From: a virus
Taxonomy: Duplodnaviria; Heunggongvirae; Uroviricota; Caudoviricetes
Strand: one strand, 5' to 3'
IMG/VR virus record: IMGVR_UViG_3300029577_000149
DNA length: 7,089 nucleotides
The notes beneath the pieces are model-generated. The model had not been told where the DNA came from, ran no database searches, and worked only from the letters and a program-made list of their open reading frames with translations. How positions within the stretch are numbered: the first letter of the stretch is position 1; the number at the start of each line of letters is the position of its first letter. Below are positions 5,852 through 7,089 of the stretch, one piece after another. A program made the position numbers and the translations under genes.

Positions 5852-6177
5852 TGACGACGTTAACTCAATGCCAGCAGCAGGTGCTGGATATGCTGATTTC
5901 TTATCAGAAAGAACGTGGCTTCCCGCCAACCAATCAGGAGGTGGCAACCATGCTGGGATACCGTTCAGTGAATGCAGCGGTGGAGCATCTTCGCGCACTG
6001 GAGAAAAAAGGCGTCATCACGATAAAGCGTGGCGTGGCCCGGGGCATCACGCTTCATACCGCGGTGAAGGACGACGACAGCGAGGCGGTCGGGATTATCC
6101 GCTCACTGCTTGCCGGTGAGGAAAACGCCAGGCTGCGTGCAACCCACTGGTTACATAAGAGGGGCCTGAAAGTATGA
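5851..6177 (+). CDS. LexA N-terminal DNA-binding-domain homolog lacking the S24 peptidase domain, 108 aa
   Basis: ATG 5851 overlaps the upstream stop (TAATG) inside ORF-track 5818..6177. MTTLTQCQQQVLDMLISYQKERGFPPTNQEVATMLGYRSVNAAVEHLRALEKKGVITIKRGVARGITL aligns by eye along its length with the E. coli LexA N-terminus ([68 protein letters not shown], from memory). No Ala-Gly/Ser/Lys protease module follows. Confidence 0.75.
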   Translation: MTTLTQCQQQVLDMLISYQKERGFPPTNQEVATMLGYRSVNAAVEHLRALEKKGVITIKRGVARGITLHTAVKDDDSEAVGIIRSLLAGEENARLRATHWLHKRGLKV

Positions 6178-6563
6178 AGCTGATCCTGCCTTTCCCGCCC
6201 AGCGTGAACACGTACTGGCGACACCCCAACAAAGGGGCGTTTGCAGGTAAGAGCCTGATAAGCGCGGCGGGGCGAAAATTTCAGAGCGCGGCGTGCGCAG
6301 CAATAGTTGAACAGTTACGTCGTCTGCCGAAACCAACGTCGGCACCTGCTTCAGTGGAGATCGTGTTGTTTCCTCCGGATAACAGGATCCGCGATCTGGA
6401 CAACTATAACAAGGCGCTGTTTGACGCCCTGACCCACGCGGGGGTGTGGGAAGACGACAGTCAGGTGAAAAGAATGCTGGTGGAGTGGGGACCGGTTATC
6501 CCGGAAGGGAAGGTCGAGATCACTATCAGTAAGTACGAGAAAACGGCGGGTGCAGCCGCCTGA
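6174..6563 (+). CDS. rusA: RusA-family Holliday junction resolvase, 129 aa
   Basis: ORF-track 6174..6563; ATG overlaps the upstream stop (ATGA). Motifs LPFPPSVNTYWRH and RDLDNYNKALFDALTHAGVWEDDSQV match RusA ([39 protein letters not shown], from memory). Confidence 0.85.
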   Translation: MKLILPFPPSVNTYWRHPNKGAFAGKSLISAAGRKFQSAACAAIVEQLRRLPKPTSAPASVEIVLFPPDNRIRDLDNYNKALFDALTHAGVWEDDSQVKRMLVEWGPVIPEGKVEITISKYEKTAGAAA

Positions 6564-6582
6564 TCAAGAGGAGAAACGAAGT

Positions 6583-7089
6583 ATGAATAATCTGATGGTC
6601 ATTGATGGTATTGAAGTTCGTCGTGATGCTTATGGACGTTACAGCCTGAACGATCTGCATCGCGCAGCAGTAGCATCTGGTGCAAATGCCAGAACCAAGG
6701 AGCCAGGAAAGTTTCTTTCCAGCCAACAAACTGTTGAACTTGTTCATGAATTGACCAACACCCAGAATTTGGGTGTTGACCCGGTGAGTGTGATTCATGG
6801 GGGAAATGAACGGGGAACGTATGTCTGCAAAGAACTGGTGTATGCCTATGCAATGTGGATCAGCCCGTCATTCCATCTAAAGGTGATCCGTACTTTCGAT
6901 ATGGTAACCAGCGCACCGGAAAAATTATCCGGGCAGGCTGCTGACAAGATGCAGGCTGGTGTGATTCTGCTGGACTTTATGCGCAGGGAGTTAAATCTGT
7001 CTAACTCTTCAGTGCTTGGTGCCTGTCAGAAACTCCAGGAGGCTGTTGGCTTACCGAATCTGGCACCGCGCTATGCCATTGATGCTCCT
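6583..7089 (+). CDS. KilA-N domain protein (antirepressor-like); 3' end truncated by window edge
   Basis: ATG 6583 preceded by AGAGGAG (6567-6573). Frame stays open to the end of the window (169 codons), so it is absent from the ORF track. Own translation MNNLMVIDGIEVRRDAYGRYSLNDLHRAAVASGAN...GTYVCKELVYAYAMWISPSFHLKVIRTFD is typical of KilA-N domains. Confidence 0.7.
   Translation, partial: MNNLMVIDGIEVRRDAYGRYSLNDLHRAAVASGANARTKEPGKFLSSQQTVELVHELTNTQNLGVDPVSVIHGGNERGTYVCKELVYAYAMWISPSFHLKVIRTFDMVTSAPEKLSGQAADKMQAGVILLDFMRRELNLSNSSVLGACQKLQEAVGLPNLAPRYAIDAP

Noticed and set aside
5391-6345. ORF-track entries 5391..5576 (-), 5611..5796 (-), 5694..6119 (+), 6151..6345 (-)
   Set aside because: Antisense or alternate frame to the coupled PerC-like / LexA-like / RusA genes; Arg/Gly-rich artefact translations.
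6526-6853. ORF-track entries 6526..6798 (-) and 6599..6853 (-)
   Set aside because: Antisense to the KilA-N gene (6583..7089), which has a strong Shine-Dalgarno and a recognisable domain.

Overview
This window reads as the immunity/early-regulatory core of a lambdoid enterobacterial prophage, organised like the Rac / CP-933P type. Left to right: two leftward early-operon genes (YfdP/YfdQ-like, the distal one cut by the window edge); a 417-bp gene-free GC-rich structured spacer; an AT-rich insert carrying a 144-aa gene on + and a convergent, 3'-overlapping 68-aa gene on -; a candidate pL with operator repeats and a terminator; a cI-like repressor with an S24 autopeptidase domain (-); an operator/promoter region with two TGTAC-N7-GTACA palindromes; a Cro-like gene (+); a YdaT-like gene interrupted by a 24-N assembly gap; a small gene with an apparent -1 frame change; a replication initiator carrying four 15-bp iterons inside its own reading frame (candidate origin); a PerC-like regulator; a LexA DNA-binding-domain-only protein; RusA; and a KilA-N protein cut by the right edge. 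No rRNA, tRNA, CRISPR array, IS element or integrase was seen. The most promising candidate for an undescribed system is the AT-rich convergent gene pair at 1657-2284, which sits in the slot where lambdoid phages carry exclusion/defence cargo. All family assignments come from reading the translations and from memory, not from database searches.
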